From assembly GCA_048938025.1 (NCBI GenBank), contig JBHLMP010000007.1, positions 19,881-83,880 on the forward strand: 64,000 nucleotides of DNA, in the 5' to 3' direction. The notes under the pieces are model-generated. The model did not search any database and was not told the DNA's origin. It worked only from the letters and a program-made list of their open reading frames with translations. A program made the position numbers and the translations under genes. This document shows, piece by piece, positions 9,179-19,577 of this stretch. This DNA is from Promethearchaeota archaeon. Lineage in GTDB: Archaea > Asgardarchaeota > Lokiarchaeia > Sigyniarchaeales > SOKP01. How positions within the stretch are numbered: position 1 is the first letter of the stretch; each line of letters opens with the position of its first letter.

Positions 9179-12100
9179 TTAGACACCCTCCTTAGCCTTT
9201 TCTTTTTTTGGTCCAATTTTATCTCCTCTTTTAGATAAAGGACCTAATTCTTTTATTTTATTTACAAATTCAGTGACTACTTCAGAAAATCTTTTTCCTT
9301 CGCTTGCAGACACCCATTCAAGACGATAGCGTCTGGGATTAATTCCAACTTTCTCTAGAATCTCATGAATTTCATTATATCGCCTTAACATGTCATAATT
9401 ACCTTCTAAATAATGACAATCTCCTATATGACATCCTCCAACAAATACTCCGTCTGCACCCTCCAAAAATGCTTGCAAAATAAAACTTTTTGGAATTCTT
9501 CCTGTACACATAACCCTAATAGGTCTGATATTGGTAGGATATTGGAATCGGCTTACACCACACGTATCAGCACCAGCATAACTACACCAGTTGCATAGAA
9601 AAGCAACAATTCTGGGTCTTTCATCAATAAAATCCCCTTTAAGTGCCTCTGAAATCATAGGATAAATTTGATCATCAGCAAAATGACTCATTGTAATTGC
9701 TCCTGCAGGACAAGCTGCCGAACAATCTCCACATCCTTTACACAGTAAAGGATTTGATTGAGATACTAATATATCAAGATCAAAATTTACTCCAATTGCT
9801 CCAAAATTACATACTTCCTCGCATTTCTGACAAGCTATACATAATGCAGGATCCACTACAGATACTAAAGGTTCATTCTCAACCTCACCTGAGATAAGTG
9901 GTATTAATGCATGAGCTGCGGCTCCTCGTGCTTGAGAAATCGCATCAGCAATTCCTTTTGGACCATGACAGGTTCCTGCAAGATAAATTCCATCAGTAGC
10001 AAAATCAACAGGCCTTAATTTAATATGAGCTTCTAAGAAAAAGCCATTTTGATCTCTTGCACACTTTATTAATTCACCAAGTAGTTTAGTGTCATATGGT
10101 ACTAAGGGTGTAGAAAGAACAACTTTATCTGCCTTAATAGTAAGATCTATTTGAGTTAGAATATCATTAACATTAACTTTAAGCTTGTCATTAGCAATAT
10201 CTACTGTTGGATAATCATTAAATCTTATATAGTTAATACTTTCGCGTGCTTTCCAATAATAAGGTTCCTCATCAGTTCCTACTCTAATATCTCGATATAA
10301 GACATAAATATTAGAATTTGGATAATTTTCTTTTACATATAATGCATGCCTAATAGATTCAGAACAACAGATTAACGAACAATAAGTAAATCCATTACCT
10401 CCTTCTGGCTGTCTTGAACCTACACAATGAATAAAAACAAGGGTTTCACCATCTTTTAACTCATTATTCTTAAGTTTTTCAGATAATTCAAGTTGAGTTA
10501 TTACATTTTCATTCTCACCATAATGATACCAACCCTCAGGTTTATACTCATAAGCACCTGTAGCAGTAATAATAACCCCCACATTCAATTTAGTCTCTAT
10601 ATTTTCTGAATTCTTTTTAACTTTAATTTTAAAATCACCAATTGATCCCTTAACGTCCACCACTTCGGATTGTAAATATATTATAATATTTTTCAACTTA
10701 TTATATTCTTTTAATTTTTCCTCTAAAAATTGCTTCGAATCTATCTTGTCAAAATTAATTTTGTAAATTAGGTTCAATTGGCCTCCCAATTTATCTGATT
10801 TTTCTATAAGGTGAACTTTAAAACCTTTTCCAGCTATTTCTATAGCCGCACTCATTCCAGAAATTCCACCACCTATGACCAATGCTTCAGGAACAACATG
10901 CCCTCTAATTTTAAATTCAGGTTTTTGCTTTCTAACTCGAGCTACACCCATCCTGATTAAATCTTTTGCTTTATCGGTTGCTTTTGGATTATCATTCATA
11001 TGCACCCATGAATCTAATTCTCGGATACTTACGAAATTAAAAAGATACTCATTTAAACCTGCTTCTCTTATAGTTTTTTGGAATAAAGGCTCGTGAGTTC
11101 TGGGGGTGCATGCTGCAACTACGACTCTATTTAAATCAAGTTCTTCAATTTTTTCTTTAATAATATCTTGAGTTAATTGTGAACAACTATACTTATTTTC
11201 CATAGCATATACTACGTTTGGAAGAGTCTTAGCATAATCTACCAAGGTTGGTACATCCATGTAACCAGCAATATTGATACCACATCTACAAATAAATACA
11301 CCAATTCTAGGTTCTTCATCTGGTTTAATATCTTTCAATTGTGGAAGTTCAACTTTTTGTTCCTCTTCACTCATTGGTATGGCATGCGTAGCAGCAAGTG
11401 TCGCTGAACCTCCTGCTTTTGCTACAGAATTAGCAATATCATCAGGTGATTGACATGAACCTGTGACATATATTCCTTCACGTGTAGAACGTAGATCTTC
11501 TGTAGAGTCTTTAGTTTTGAAGAATCCAAGCTCATTCCGTTCAATCCCTAAGATATTTGCTAATTTATCAGCATCCTTTCGAGGAATCACAGCGTTTGCG
11601 AGCACTACAAGATCAAATTCACTTACCTCGACTTCACCAGTATCGAGGTTTGCATGCTTAACATAAAGATTATGATTTTCTGGATTTTCACGGATATCTC
11701 CGGGAATGCCTCTATAGTAAACAAGACCATACTCTTCTTTAGCTCTCTCAATAAATTCTTCTTGATTCTTTCCTATTACTCTTATATCATTAAAGAAAAT
11801 AGTAACATTTGTATCAGGAGCATGCTCTCTGGTAACTACACCTTCCTTCGTTTGATACATACAACAAAATTTAGAACAATAGGCACAAAGATCTTCATTA
11901 CGAGACCCAACGCAGCTTATGAATGCAATTTTATGAGCATGTTCATTATCTGAAGGTCGTAAGAGCTCTCCTCCTGTAGGACCTGAGGCACTTAATAACC
12001 GCTCATATTGCATAGCTGTAACAACATTGGGATACTCTCCATAGTGATATCTGTCTAAAACTGAAGGATCTAATTGATCATAACCTGTAGCCACAATAAT

Positions 12101-12676
12101 CGAAGCAACATTATATTCCACGACCTCATCTTTATCATCCCAATTAATTGCTCCTGCTTCACATTCTTTCTCGCAAAGCTGGCAAGCTTCTTTAGTGAGA
12201 TAAAGACATTTCTCAGCATCAATAACTGCTTTCCTCGGAACAGCTTGTGGAAATGGAATGTATATAGCAGTTCTATTCCCCATTCCCTCCTCAAACTCGG
12301 AAGGTATCTTTTTCATGGGACACTTTTCAGAGCAAGCTCCACACCCAGTACATTTTTCCCAGTCTACATACCTTGCTTTTTTCAATACTTTTACGGTAAA
12401 ATCTCCAGCTTCACCAGATATGTCTTGAACTTCAGAATACGCAAGAAGTTCAATGTTAGGATGTCTGGAACTTTCTACCATTTTTGGTGCTAGTATACAT
12501 ATACTACAATCCAAAGTAGGGAAGGTTTTATCAAGTTGAGCCATTCTACCCCCTACTGAGGAGGTTCTTTCCACGAGGATCACTTTATATCCTTGGTCTG
12601 CTAATGTGAGGCTAGCTTCAATTCCACTAATACCTCCACCGATAACCATCACTGAACTTAATCTATTTTTCACCAT
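9179..12676 (-). CDS. hdrA: Double-FAD-domain HdrA with C-terminal fused MvhD
   Basis: Two GGGISG FAD motifs, KTFPTLDCSIC, ferredoxin inserts, internal PRIGVFICRCG, C-terminal FLCNWCSYAGAD...MCTGR...GCHIGDCHY (MvhD). Confidence 0.93.
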   Translation of the reverse strand: MVKNRLSSVMVIGGGISGIEASLTLADQGYKVILVERTSSVGGRMAQLDKTFPTLDCSICILAPKMVESSRHPNIELLAYSEVQDISGEAGDFTVKVLKKARYVDWEKCTGCGACSEKCPMKKIPSEFEEGMGNRTAIYIPFPQAVPRKAVIDAEKCLYLTKEACQLCEKECEAGAINWDDKDEVVEYNVASIIVATGYDQLDPSVLDRYHYGEYPNVVTAMQYERLLSASGPTGGELLRPSDNEHAHKIAFISCVGSRNEDLCAYCSKFCCMYQTKEGVVTREHAPDTNVTIFFNDIRVIGKNQEEFIERAKEEYGLVYYRGIPGDIRENPENHNLYVKHANLDTGEVEVSEFDLVVLANAVIPRKDADKLANILGIERNELGFFKTKDSTEDLRSTREGIYVTGSCQSPDDIANSVAKAGGSATLAATHAIPMSEEEQKVELPQLKDIKPDEEPRIGVFICRCGINIAGYMDVPTLVDYAKTLPNVVYAMENKYSCSQLTQDIIKEKIEELDLNRVVVAACTPRTHEPLFQKTIREAGLNEYLFNFVSIRELDSWVHMNDNPKATDKAKDLIRMGVARVRKQKPEFKIRGHVVPEALVIGGGISGMSAAIEIAGKGFKVHLIEKSDKLGGQLNLIYKINFDKIDSKQFLEEKLKEYNKLKNIIIYLQSEVVDVKGSIGDFKIKVKKNSENIETKLNVGVIITATGAYEYKPEGWYHYGENENVITQLELSEKLKNNELKDGETLVFIHCVGSRQPEGGNGFTYCSLICCSESIRHALYVKENYPNSNIYVLYRDIRVGTDEEPYYWKARESINYIRFNDYPTVDIANDKLKVNVNDILTQIDLTIKADKVVLSTPLVPYDTKLLGELIKCARDQNGFFLEAHIKLRPVDFATDGIYLAGTCHGPKGIADAISQARGAAAHALIPLISGEVENEPLVSVVDPALCIACQKCEEVCNFGAIGVNFDLDILVSQSNPLLCKGCGDCSAACPAGAITMSHFADDQIYPMISEALKGDFIDERPRIVAFLCNWCSYAGADTCGVSRFQYPTNIRPIRVMCTGRIPKSFILQAFLEGADGVFVGGCHIGDCHYLEGNYDMLRRYNEIHEILEKVGINPRRYRLEWVSASEGKRFSEVVTEFVNKIKELGPLSKRGDKIGPKKEKAKEGV

Positions 12677-13215
12677 ATTTTTTCAATTTTCGTAATTTTT
12701 TATTTAAATTTTAGCAATTTCAGATATTTATTCAAAATTTTTGGTTATTTTTGAAAATTTTTATTAATTTAAATAAGAGAAAGAATTTTGATGATCATTA
12801 ATAGACAAAAATCTATATAAAACTTTGTATAAACTTACAAAAAAATGAAAAATATTATTGAAAAAGGTCATAAAAAGTTAATGAAGAATCGGGAAATTCT
12901 ATAATTGCTGAGTAATAGTAATTTTAATATTAAATTTTACAACTTTCAAAAAATAATTTTTCTGTCAAATTCAAAGTAAAAGAGATTAAGTGATAAATGA
13001 AATTAAAAAAAACAAATAAATAACACATATCGTAGAAATTTACTTCATTCTAAAAAAAGATAGAACATTTAAATTTGTCGAATCTATTAGATTGTTAGAT
13101 GTTAACAAAGTACTAATAAAAAAAGTATTATATTTCAATATATTACATTACTTTAAATATAAAAATAAGTAGTTGATAAATAAAAATAGCATTTTGGTGA
13201 TACAATATAAAAATT

Positions 13216-13887
13216 GTGGTCTCTGGTCCTCTTAGTAGCGGAAAGTCCAGTTTCATTAGGTACTTAGATGAAAATGCACTGAATGTTGAAGCTAAAGGCA
13301 TAGATGACAGATATTACACTGTAGGAATGGATTTGGGTAGCATTAAGTTAAATGGTTTTGATGTATTTTTATTTGGGACTCCAGGATTATTAAGATTCAA
13401 TGTTATGAGAGATGTAGTTGTTAAAGGTACAGATGGAGTTATTTTTATCTTTGATGCGGCTCATCCAGAAAAAGATGAGGATGCTATTGTTATTTTAAAT
13501 GCTATTAGAAAAGTTATCCCTGCTGATACACCAATAATATACTTGGCTAATAAACAAGATATTGAGGATGCTCGAACTTCTGAGGTCGTGCGATCACAAA
13601 ATTACCTACCGCAAAATGCAAAATTTTTTCCCACTAGTACTAAAACTGGAGACAATGTAGAAGAATCCTTAAAATATATTGTAAATCAGGTTTTTGATAA
13701 TTATTCCTCTCTCCTTCAGACTCTTCAAATATATGAAAAAGATATAGAAGGATTAGCAAAAGAACTAAATAAAGATAAGTTTGAAATGAGAGATTTCTTG
13801 AATAACCTTGAGATAAAGCGTTTTATTGATATTGATAGGTTAAATAAGACTTATAAAGTCAAAAAAGGATTAAAACTTCTAATGTAA
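13216..13887 (+). CDS. MglA/CvnD-like small GTPase with C-terminal winged-helix-like domain; true start probably upstream (13194 or 13207)
   Basis: GPLSSGKS, TVGMDLG, LFGTPGL, NKQD, STK. Confidence 0.85.
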   Translation: MVSGPLSSGKSSFIRYLDENALNVEAKGIDDRYYTVGMDLGSIKLNGFDVFLFGTPGLLRFNVMRDVVVKGTDGVIFIFDAAHPEKDEDAIVILNAIRKVIPADTPIIYLANKQDIEDARTSEVVRSQNYLPQNAKFFPTSTKTGDNVEESLKYIVNQVFDNYSSLLQTLQIYEKDIEGLAKELNKDKFEMRDFLNNLEIKRFIDIDRLNKTYKVKKGLKLLM

Positions 13888-13907
13888 ACACATATATTAA
13901 ACAAGTT

Positions 13908-15782
13908 TTATAATTCAAAGGGAGAAATTACATCCTTATTATACTTTTTACTAAGGGTTAACAATTCAGATCTTTCTATTTCCAAAACCCTCCAAAAGAA
14001 ATCTGGTATTTCTTTTTCTTTCTTGTACATTGCTTCAACTCTGTCTAATTTTTCAAGCAGATATTGAATTCTAATTGAAAATTGTTCTATATAATCATTT
14101 TCTGAATACTCTTTATTCAAATAAATCTTAAAAATTTCTTTCAAGTCTTTATATTGAGGAATGAAACCAATAGGTGTATTTATTGCATCATAATCTCCAT
14201 TTGTTCTTCCTTCAGCCCATATCACCCAACATAGTTTATCTAATATACCATTTAGATACTTTCCATTCCGAGGATTTTTGAGAAAATAATTTGTGGCAAA
14301 AACTCTTGGAGGATATTTTAATCTACTCCCAAATTTCTGGTGGTTTTTTAAATATTTTCCTAAGGGAACAACTATAAAATCTAAATTTGCCATTGGTTGT
14401 TGGGATCGTACACCCTCTGCACCTAGTGTCGCAGAGGTTGTTTCAGACTCGATAGAAGCTCCAAGGAAGACTCCATGCTCCCAATTAAGGCATTCTAATA
14501 CTGGAGGCATTGTATCGCTATCTCGACCTCCATAAAAAATACCATGAACGGGTACTCCGTCTGGATTATGTAAATTAGGATCTACATTATCTAATTCTTC
14601 AATCCTAATAGTATATCTAGCATTGGGATGAGCATGAGGGATTTCTTTACCGTCCTTATCTTTCTTCCCGATGTTCCATTTGCCTGAGTAGTTTAAACCC
14701 TCATTGGGAATATCTCTTCCATCCCCAAGCCAATAAGGTGTCCCGTTAGAGATTAATACATTAGAAAAAATAGTTTCTCGAGGAGTGGTAAGAGCTTCAA
14801 AAATGACAGGATCATCTTCAGCATTTACATCCTTAATAATTCCAAAGATTCCTCGTTCGATGTTAGCAGCATGTGCATAACCATCCTCCCAAACTCGAAG
14901 ATATGCAATATCATCCCCTACAATCGTTTGTCCTGGGAGCATTGCAGTACTAGTTTTACCACAGGCACTAGGAAAAGCTCCACAAAAATATGATACACGG
15001 TCTTTTCCTTTGGGATCTACACCCATAATAAAGTAATGTTCTGCCAACCAATCCTCATTGTTAGCTTTGTAGATAGCTAACCTAAGTGCAAGTTTTTTTA
15101 GTCCCAATGAATTTCCAGCATATTGATTATTAACTGAAAGAACTCTAGCTTCTTGTAGATCTACATAGATCCTGCGTTTTTCAAGATTCTTGGTAACAGG
15201 AGTGTCTCCAATTAATTCTCCCGAGGAATGGATAAAATAAAAAAAATCATTAGAGCCATTTAGTCTTTTAAATTCCTCATAACCTGTTCTATAAAGAAGA
15301 TCCTCGGAATGGGCAACATAAAATGAATCGGTTAATTGAAGTGCTAGTATAGAAAATTTAGAATTTTTTGGACCTAAGCAAAAAAATCTTATTATACACT
15401 CATGACCTTCCATGCATCCATCCATAATTTCTAAAATTTCATTTAAACCTTTTTCTCTTTCCATTGTATTTATCCAAGGGTAAGAACCCTTTTCTTTTTT
15501 AGATACTAAAATCTGAGTATTTGTCTTGTCCCTTGCTTGATCATGATTAGACATTGTTAAGAAGCCATCATAATGGATCGTATGACCCTCGAGAGTTAGA
15601 TTTTCTTCCTCTTTTACCTCAATAGCTCTTCTTCTTACATAGTCTATATCTTCTTTACTATCAGTTATAACTGTAACTTTACTCGGTTTACATAGATTAA
15701 TAAATTCCTTTACTATCCCTAAAACATTTTTATTATTGAGAGCATTTAGTTTTTCAAGATTTGGTTGACTTATTACTTCCAT
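13908..15782 (-). CDS. pckG: Phosphoenolpyruvate carboxykinase (GTP)
   Basis: YAGNSLGLKK, WLAEH, AFPSACGKT, VGDDIAY, HPNARY. Confidence 0.95.
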   Translation of the reverse strand: MEVISQPNLEKLNALNNKNVLGIVKEFINLCKPSKVTVITDSKEDIDYVRRRAIEVKEEENLTLEGHTIHYDGFLTMSNHDQARDKTNTQILVSKKEKGSYPWINTMEREKGLNEILEIMDGCMEGHECIIRFFCLGPKNSKFSILALQLTDSFYVAHSEDLLYRTGYEEFKRLNGSNDFFYFIHSSGELIGDTPVTKNLEKRRIYVDLQEARVLSVNNQYAGNSLGLKKLALRLAIYKANNEDWLAEHYFIMGVDPKGKDRVSYFCGAFPSACGKTSTAMLPGQTIVGDDIAYLRVWEDGYAHAANIERGIFGIIKDVNAEDDPVIFEALTTPRETIFSNVLISNGTPYWLGDGRDIPNEGLNYSGKWNIGKKDKDGKEIPHAHPNARYTIRIEELDNVDPNLHNPDGVPVHGIFYGGRDSDTMPPVLECLNWEHGVFLGASIESETTSATLGAEGVRSQQPMANLDFIVVPLGKYLKNHQKFGSRLKYPPRVFATNYFLKNPRNGKYLNGILDKLCWVIWAEGRTNGDYDAINTPIGFIPQYKDLKEIFKIYLNKEYSENDYIEQFSIRIQYLLEKLDRVEAMYKKEKEIPDFFWRVLEIERSELLTLSKKYNKDVISPFEL

Positions 15783-15931
15783 AGCGATAAATTTCCTGTA
15801 ATTTTATTAGAAAATTAATTTAATTGATAAAGATGTTACAAGAAAATTATTTCAACTCTTTTAATTTTATCTAAATACTTTTCAAGAAATTGAATAAAAA
15901 AATAAAGAAAAAAATTAAACAAAAATATTTA

Positions 15932-17521
15932 TTACTTCTCTTTAGAACCTTTAGAGCTAATAATACGATCTATCCTAAGTATCAAATTTGCGAGTTCGCT
16001 TCCAGCTTTAATTATATGATTAATTAGAGCAGCAGGTTCAACTATTCCTTTTTGAAAATTATCTCCAATTGAATTAGTAATAGTATCAATCCCAATCCAT
16101 TTATTTGCCTCTGTTTTATGTGCTGCTCTTAATTCAGTCATTTTTTCTATTTCTTCCAAGCCAGCGTTTTTTATTAGTGTTTTAGGAATTTCTTCTAGTG
16201 CCAATGCAAAGGCAGAAACAGCAAGCTGTTCTTTTCCACCAATCTCATTAGCATAAGTTCTCAATCTTTTAGCTAATTCTATATAAACTGCCCCTCCCCC
16301 TGCTACAACTGTTTGTGTATCCATAATTTTGGCGATGACAGATAATACATCATGTAATGAGACTTCTGCTGTATTTAATATTTTTTCAAGACCACCCTTT
16401 AGTAAAATTGACACTGATTTTGGATTTTTACATCCAGAAAATAACGTATATTCGTCATCTCCAATTTTTTCAAAGTGTATTTTTTGAGCAAATCCTAAAT
16501 CATCTTCAGTTAATGAAGTTAAATCATCTACAAGCTTAGCACCAACCGCTTTTAGAATAGATTTATAATCGCTTTCACCAACACTTTTAATAGCTGCAAT
16601 TCCCTCCTTTGCTAAATATGCACCAAATTTATCAGAGATATCACTATTATTTACAACCATAGTAACTCCTAAATCTTTAAAATTTTTCATGTAATTTTGT
16701 AGTATTTGATCTTCTTGGTTAAGGAATTTTTGAATCTCTGAAGGGCTCGAAATTCTGATCTGAGCATCAAATTCAGTTTTTTTAACATCTAATTTTCTTC
16801 TTATAACAGCTATTTTTGCATTTCTTAATGTCTCTGGCATCCCAGGATGGACTTTCTCTTTTTGAATATATACCCCATTTATTAATTGTGAATCACTTAG
16901 TGCTTTTCCAGCAGCTTTAACAATTTTAATATCCCCTACTTTTGTAAATGTGTTTCCATCGTCATCTTCTATATGTTTCACTGCTTTTAAAGTCAATTCT
17001 GAAAAAAAATCTTTTAGTGGAGCAATATCTTTTGAGTTCATTGCAGTTTTAGCTGCACTTTTGAGGATTTTATCATCATCCTTAGATATTTTAAATGCAA
17101 GTTCGTTTAATATTTGAAGTGCTTTATCTGCTGCTAATTTATAACCATGGGTAATGGGTTTAGGATGGATGTCTTGCTCAATTAGTTCTAATGCATTTCT
17201 TAATAACGAAGCTGAAAAAATTACTACAGAAGTCGTTCCATCTCCGATGTCATCATCAATAGATTTTGCCACATTTACCATCATATTCGCAGAAATGTTT
17301 TCAATGTCTAAATTTTTGAGGATCTCAGCCCCATCATTTGTAATTGTCACGTCACCTAGCGAATCTACAAGCATTTTAGACATACCCTTTGGACCGAGGG
17401 TTGAGCGGACTGTTTCGGCTATAGCAACCATTGCATTAATATTTTGCTTTCTTGCTTCATTCTCTCGAACTTCTTCAGTACCTTCTTTAAGAATTATTAT
17501 TGGTACATTTCCAAATGACAT
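15932..17521 (-). CDS. ths: Thermosome / group II chaperonin subunit
   Basis: STLGPKGM, ITNDGA, GDGTTS, VAGGGA, ILRID. Confidence 0.95.
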   Translation of the reverse strand: MSFGNVPIIILKEGTEEVRENEARKQNINAMVAIAETVRSTLGPKGMSKMLVDSLGDVTITNDGAEILKNLDIENISANMMVNVAKSIDDDIGDGTTSVVIFSASLLRNALELIEQDIHPKPITHGYKLAADKALQILNELAFKISKDDDKILKSAAKTAMNSKDIAPLKDFFSELTLKAVKHIEDDDGNTFTKVGDIKIVKAAGKALSDSQLINGVYIQKEKVHPGMPETLRNAKIAVIRRKLDVKKTEFDAQIRISSPSEIQKFLNQEDQILQNYMKNFKDLGVTMVVNNSDISDKFGAYLAKEGIAAIKSVGESDYKSILKAVGAKLVDDLTSLTEDDLGFAQKIHFEKIGDDEYTLFSGCKNPKSVSILLKGGLEKILNTAEVSLHDVLSVIAKIMDTQTVVAGGGAVYIELAKRLRTYANEIGGKEQLAVSAFALALEEIPKTLIKNAGLEEIEKMTELRAAHKTEANKWIGIDTITNSIGDNFQKGIVEPAALINHIIKAGSELANLILRIDRIISSKGSKEK

Positions 17522-17659
17522 TCATTTTCACTTCCTAAGTACTATTTGAATTATAATCCGATTTTATTTTTTGTTTATTTATAAAGATCTCTATGTCATA
17601 AAATTAAAAAACTTTGTTATTTCAAGTGAATAAAGAAATAAGAGTTTTTAAGAGAAATT

Positions 17660-18142
17660 CTAAGTTTTTTTTGCCTTTTCGACTTCTTTGAAGTCGATAA
17701 AGCTAGTATTTTTATACTCCTTAAGGATCATATTTGAGTTAGTTCGCACGATATATTCTTTTTTATTCAATTCTCTGATAAAATTATGAACATCCTCAGA
17801 TTCTTTAAATCTGCATATTAGTGCGGCTGATTGTTCTCCTGTTGTATGGAAAACTGAACAAACTTCAGGGATCTCAGCGATCTCACCTAGGATATCTTCT
17901 GTATGTTTACCATCAATATTAATACGAATTAAAAAAGTTAATTTATAACCCAATTTTTCATTGTTGAGTTTTAGAGTATAACCTTCAATAATTTGATTAT
18001 CTTTAAGTTTAGAGATTCGATTATGGATTGTTCCAATTGAAATTTTCAATTGATTTTGAATTTCTCGGTAAGACGTACGAGCATTATTTTGCAATATTCT
18101 TATGATTTCCTTATCAATATCGTCAAGTTGTTCTTTTTTCAT
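17660..18142 (-). CDS. Lrp/AsnC family transcriptional regulator
   Basis: LDDIDKEIIRILQNNARTSY...IEGY HTH; TG motif in the RAM domain. Confidence 0.92.
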   Translation of the reverse strand: MKKEQLDDIDKEIIRILQNNARTSYREIQNQLKISIGTIHNRISKLKDNQIIEGYTLKLNNEKLGYKLTFLIRINIDGKHTEDILGEIAEIPEVCSVFHTTGEQSAALICRFKESEDVHNFIRELNKKEYIVRTNSNMILKEYKNTSFIDFKEVEKAKKT

Positions 18143-18446
18143 TGAAAATCTTACCTACATATTCTAACAAATAGTTAATTAAATTTTTAAAAACCAATAT
18201 AAAATATTTTGAAGACTATTTATAATTTTATAAAATTTAAACAAAAAACAATCAATTTTTGAAAATTGTTTAAATATCATTTTATAAATATTAATGGATT
18301 AGGTATTAGCTCTTCATTTATTTTCGAATAGTTAAAGATTTATATCTTCCTTTATTTGTTCTTTGGAAAAATTCTTCATATGTATCAAAATTTTTTATTT
18401 AGATTATCCTTTTATTATTAACTATAAAACTAAAAAGGAAATTAAA

Positions 18447-19532
18447 ATGCCTAATATTGACCCATGGGGTTCCACTCCTATTGAAGAGGAAGATTATGAT
18501 AGAATAAAAAAGGAGTTCGGAATTGAAGAAATAAGCGAAAGTTTGCGTCAAAAATTAATTAAAAATCGTTTTATTAGAAGAAAGATAATTTTTGGACACC
18601 GTGATATACTAGATATTTTAAAAGCTATAGAGAGAGGGAAGCCATGGGCTGTTATGAGTGGAATCAAACCATCAGGACCATTTCATTTAGGAACACTTAC
18701 AACAGCACTCGAAATTGTAGAATTTCAAAAAATGGGTGGAAAAGCGTATTATGGTATTGCCGATATTGAAACTTGGGAAGATAATGGATTGACTTATGAA
18801 GAATCAGAAGAATTCGCTATAGATAATCTGGCTGATATTTTAGCGTCAGGCTTAGATCCTGATAAAGCTTATATTTGGAGACAGTCAAAAGAGCCAATAG
18901 TGAAAGATGTATGTTTCAAAGTTAGTAGATTAGTAACACAGAATATGTTAAATGCCATTTATGGCGAGAAAACATTTGGACTTTACTTATCAGCACTGAT
19001 ACAAGTGGGTGATATTGTATTACCTCAAATCATGGAAAATCCACAACCAACAGTAGTACCAGTTGGAATTGATCAAGATCCTCACATAAGACTTACAAGG
19101 GATTTAACTCGTAGATATTATAAAGGCTTTTTTTTACCTGGGGCGACTTACCATTATTTACTAGCTGGAATAGATGGTTCAGATAAAATGGCAAAAAGGA
19201 ATCCTAATAGCTACTTTACATTTAATGAGCCCTTAGAATCGATAGAAAAGAAAATTATGGGCGCCCTTACAGGAGGAAGAAAAAATAAAAAGGAACAACA
19301 AAAACTAGGGGGAGAACCTCAAAAGTGCATGATTTATAAAATGTTGATGTATACTTTTGAGGAAGACGATGAAAAGTTAGCCAGCGATTTTGAAAGTTGT
19401 ATTAAGGGAGAATTAATGTGTGGAGATCATAAACGAGAATGCGTTGAGAAAGTATTGAAATTTATAGAAAATCATAGAAAGAAAAAAGAAAAATTATTAA
19501 ATAAAGCTAGAAAACTTTTGATTATTGATTAA
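18447..19532 (+). CDS. trpS: Tryptophanyl-tRNA synthetase (archaeal/eukaryotic type)
   Basis: IDPWG, RRKIIFGHRD, GIKPSGPFHLG, VPVGIDQDPH, ALTGGR, LGG.P..C. Start moved from 18363 to the ATG at 18447 (MPNIDPWG). Confidence 0.93.
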   Translation: MPNIDPWGSTPIEEEDYDRIKKEFGIEEISESLRQKLIKNRFIRRKIIFGHRDILDILKAIERGKPWAVMSGIKPSGPFHLGTLTTALEIVEFQKMGGKAYYGIADIETWEDNGLTYEESEEFAIDNLADILASGLDPDKAYIWRQSKEPIVKDVCFKVSRLVTQNMLNAIYGEKTFGLYLSALIQVGDIVLPQIMENPQPTVVPVGIDQDPHIRLTRDLTRRYYKGFFLPGATYHYLLAGIDGSDKMAKRNPNSYFTFNEPLESIEKKIMGALTGGRKNKKEQQKLGGEPQKCMIYKMLMYTFEEDDEKLASDFESCIKGELMCGDHKRECVEKVLKFIENHRKKKEKLLNKARKLLIID

Positions 19533-19577
19533 TCCTTTTTATATTGCTATTTCTTGAATTTTTTTAGATATATCAAA

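Noticed and set aside
9179-12676. Selenocysteine in HdrA/MvhD with a SECIS element, as reported for Lokiarchaeota
   Set aside because: The ORF has no in-frame TGA and the usual Sec positions are Cys (DCSIC has TGT; CNWC; GDCHY).
12881-12911. ATGAAGA...CTGA as a second C/D RNA
   Set aside because: Only 20 nt apart, with no second box pair and no terminal stem; likely chance in an AT-rich promoter region.
18363-18446. N-terminal extension of TrpRS from the TTG at 18363
   Set aside because: Low-complexity promoter-like DNA; the family N-terminus (IDPWG) follows the ATG at 18447.
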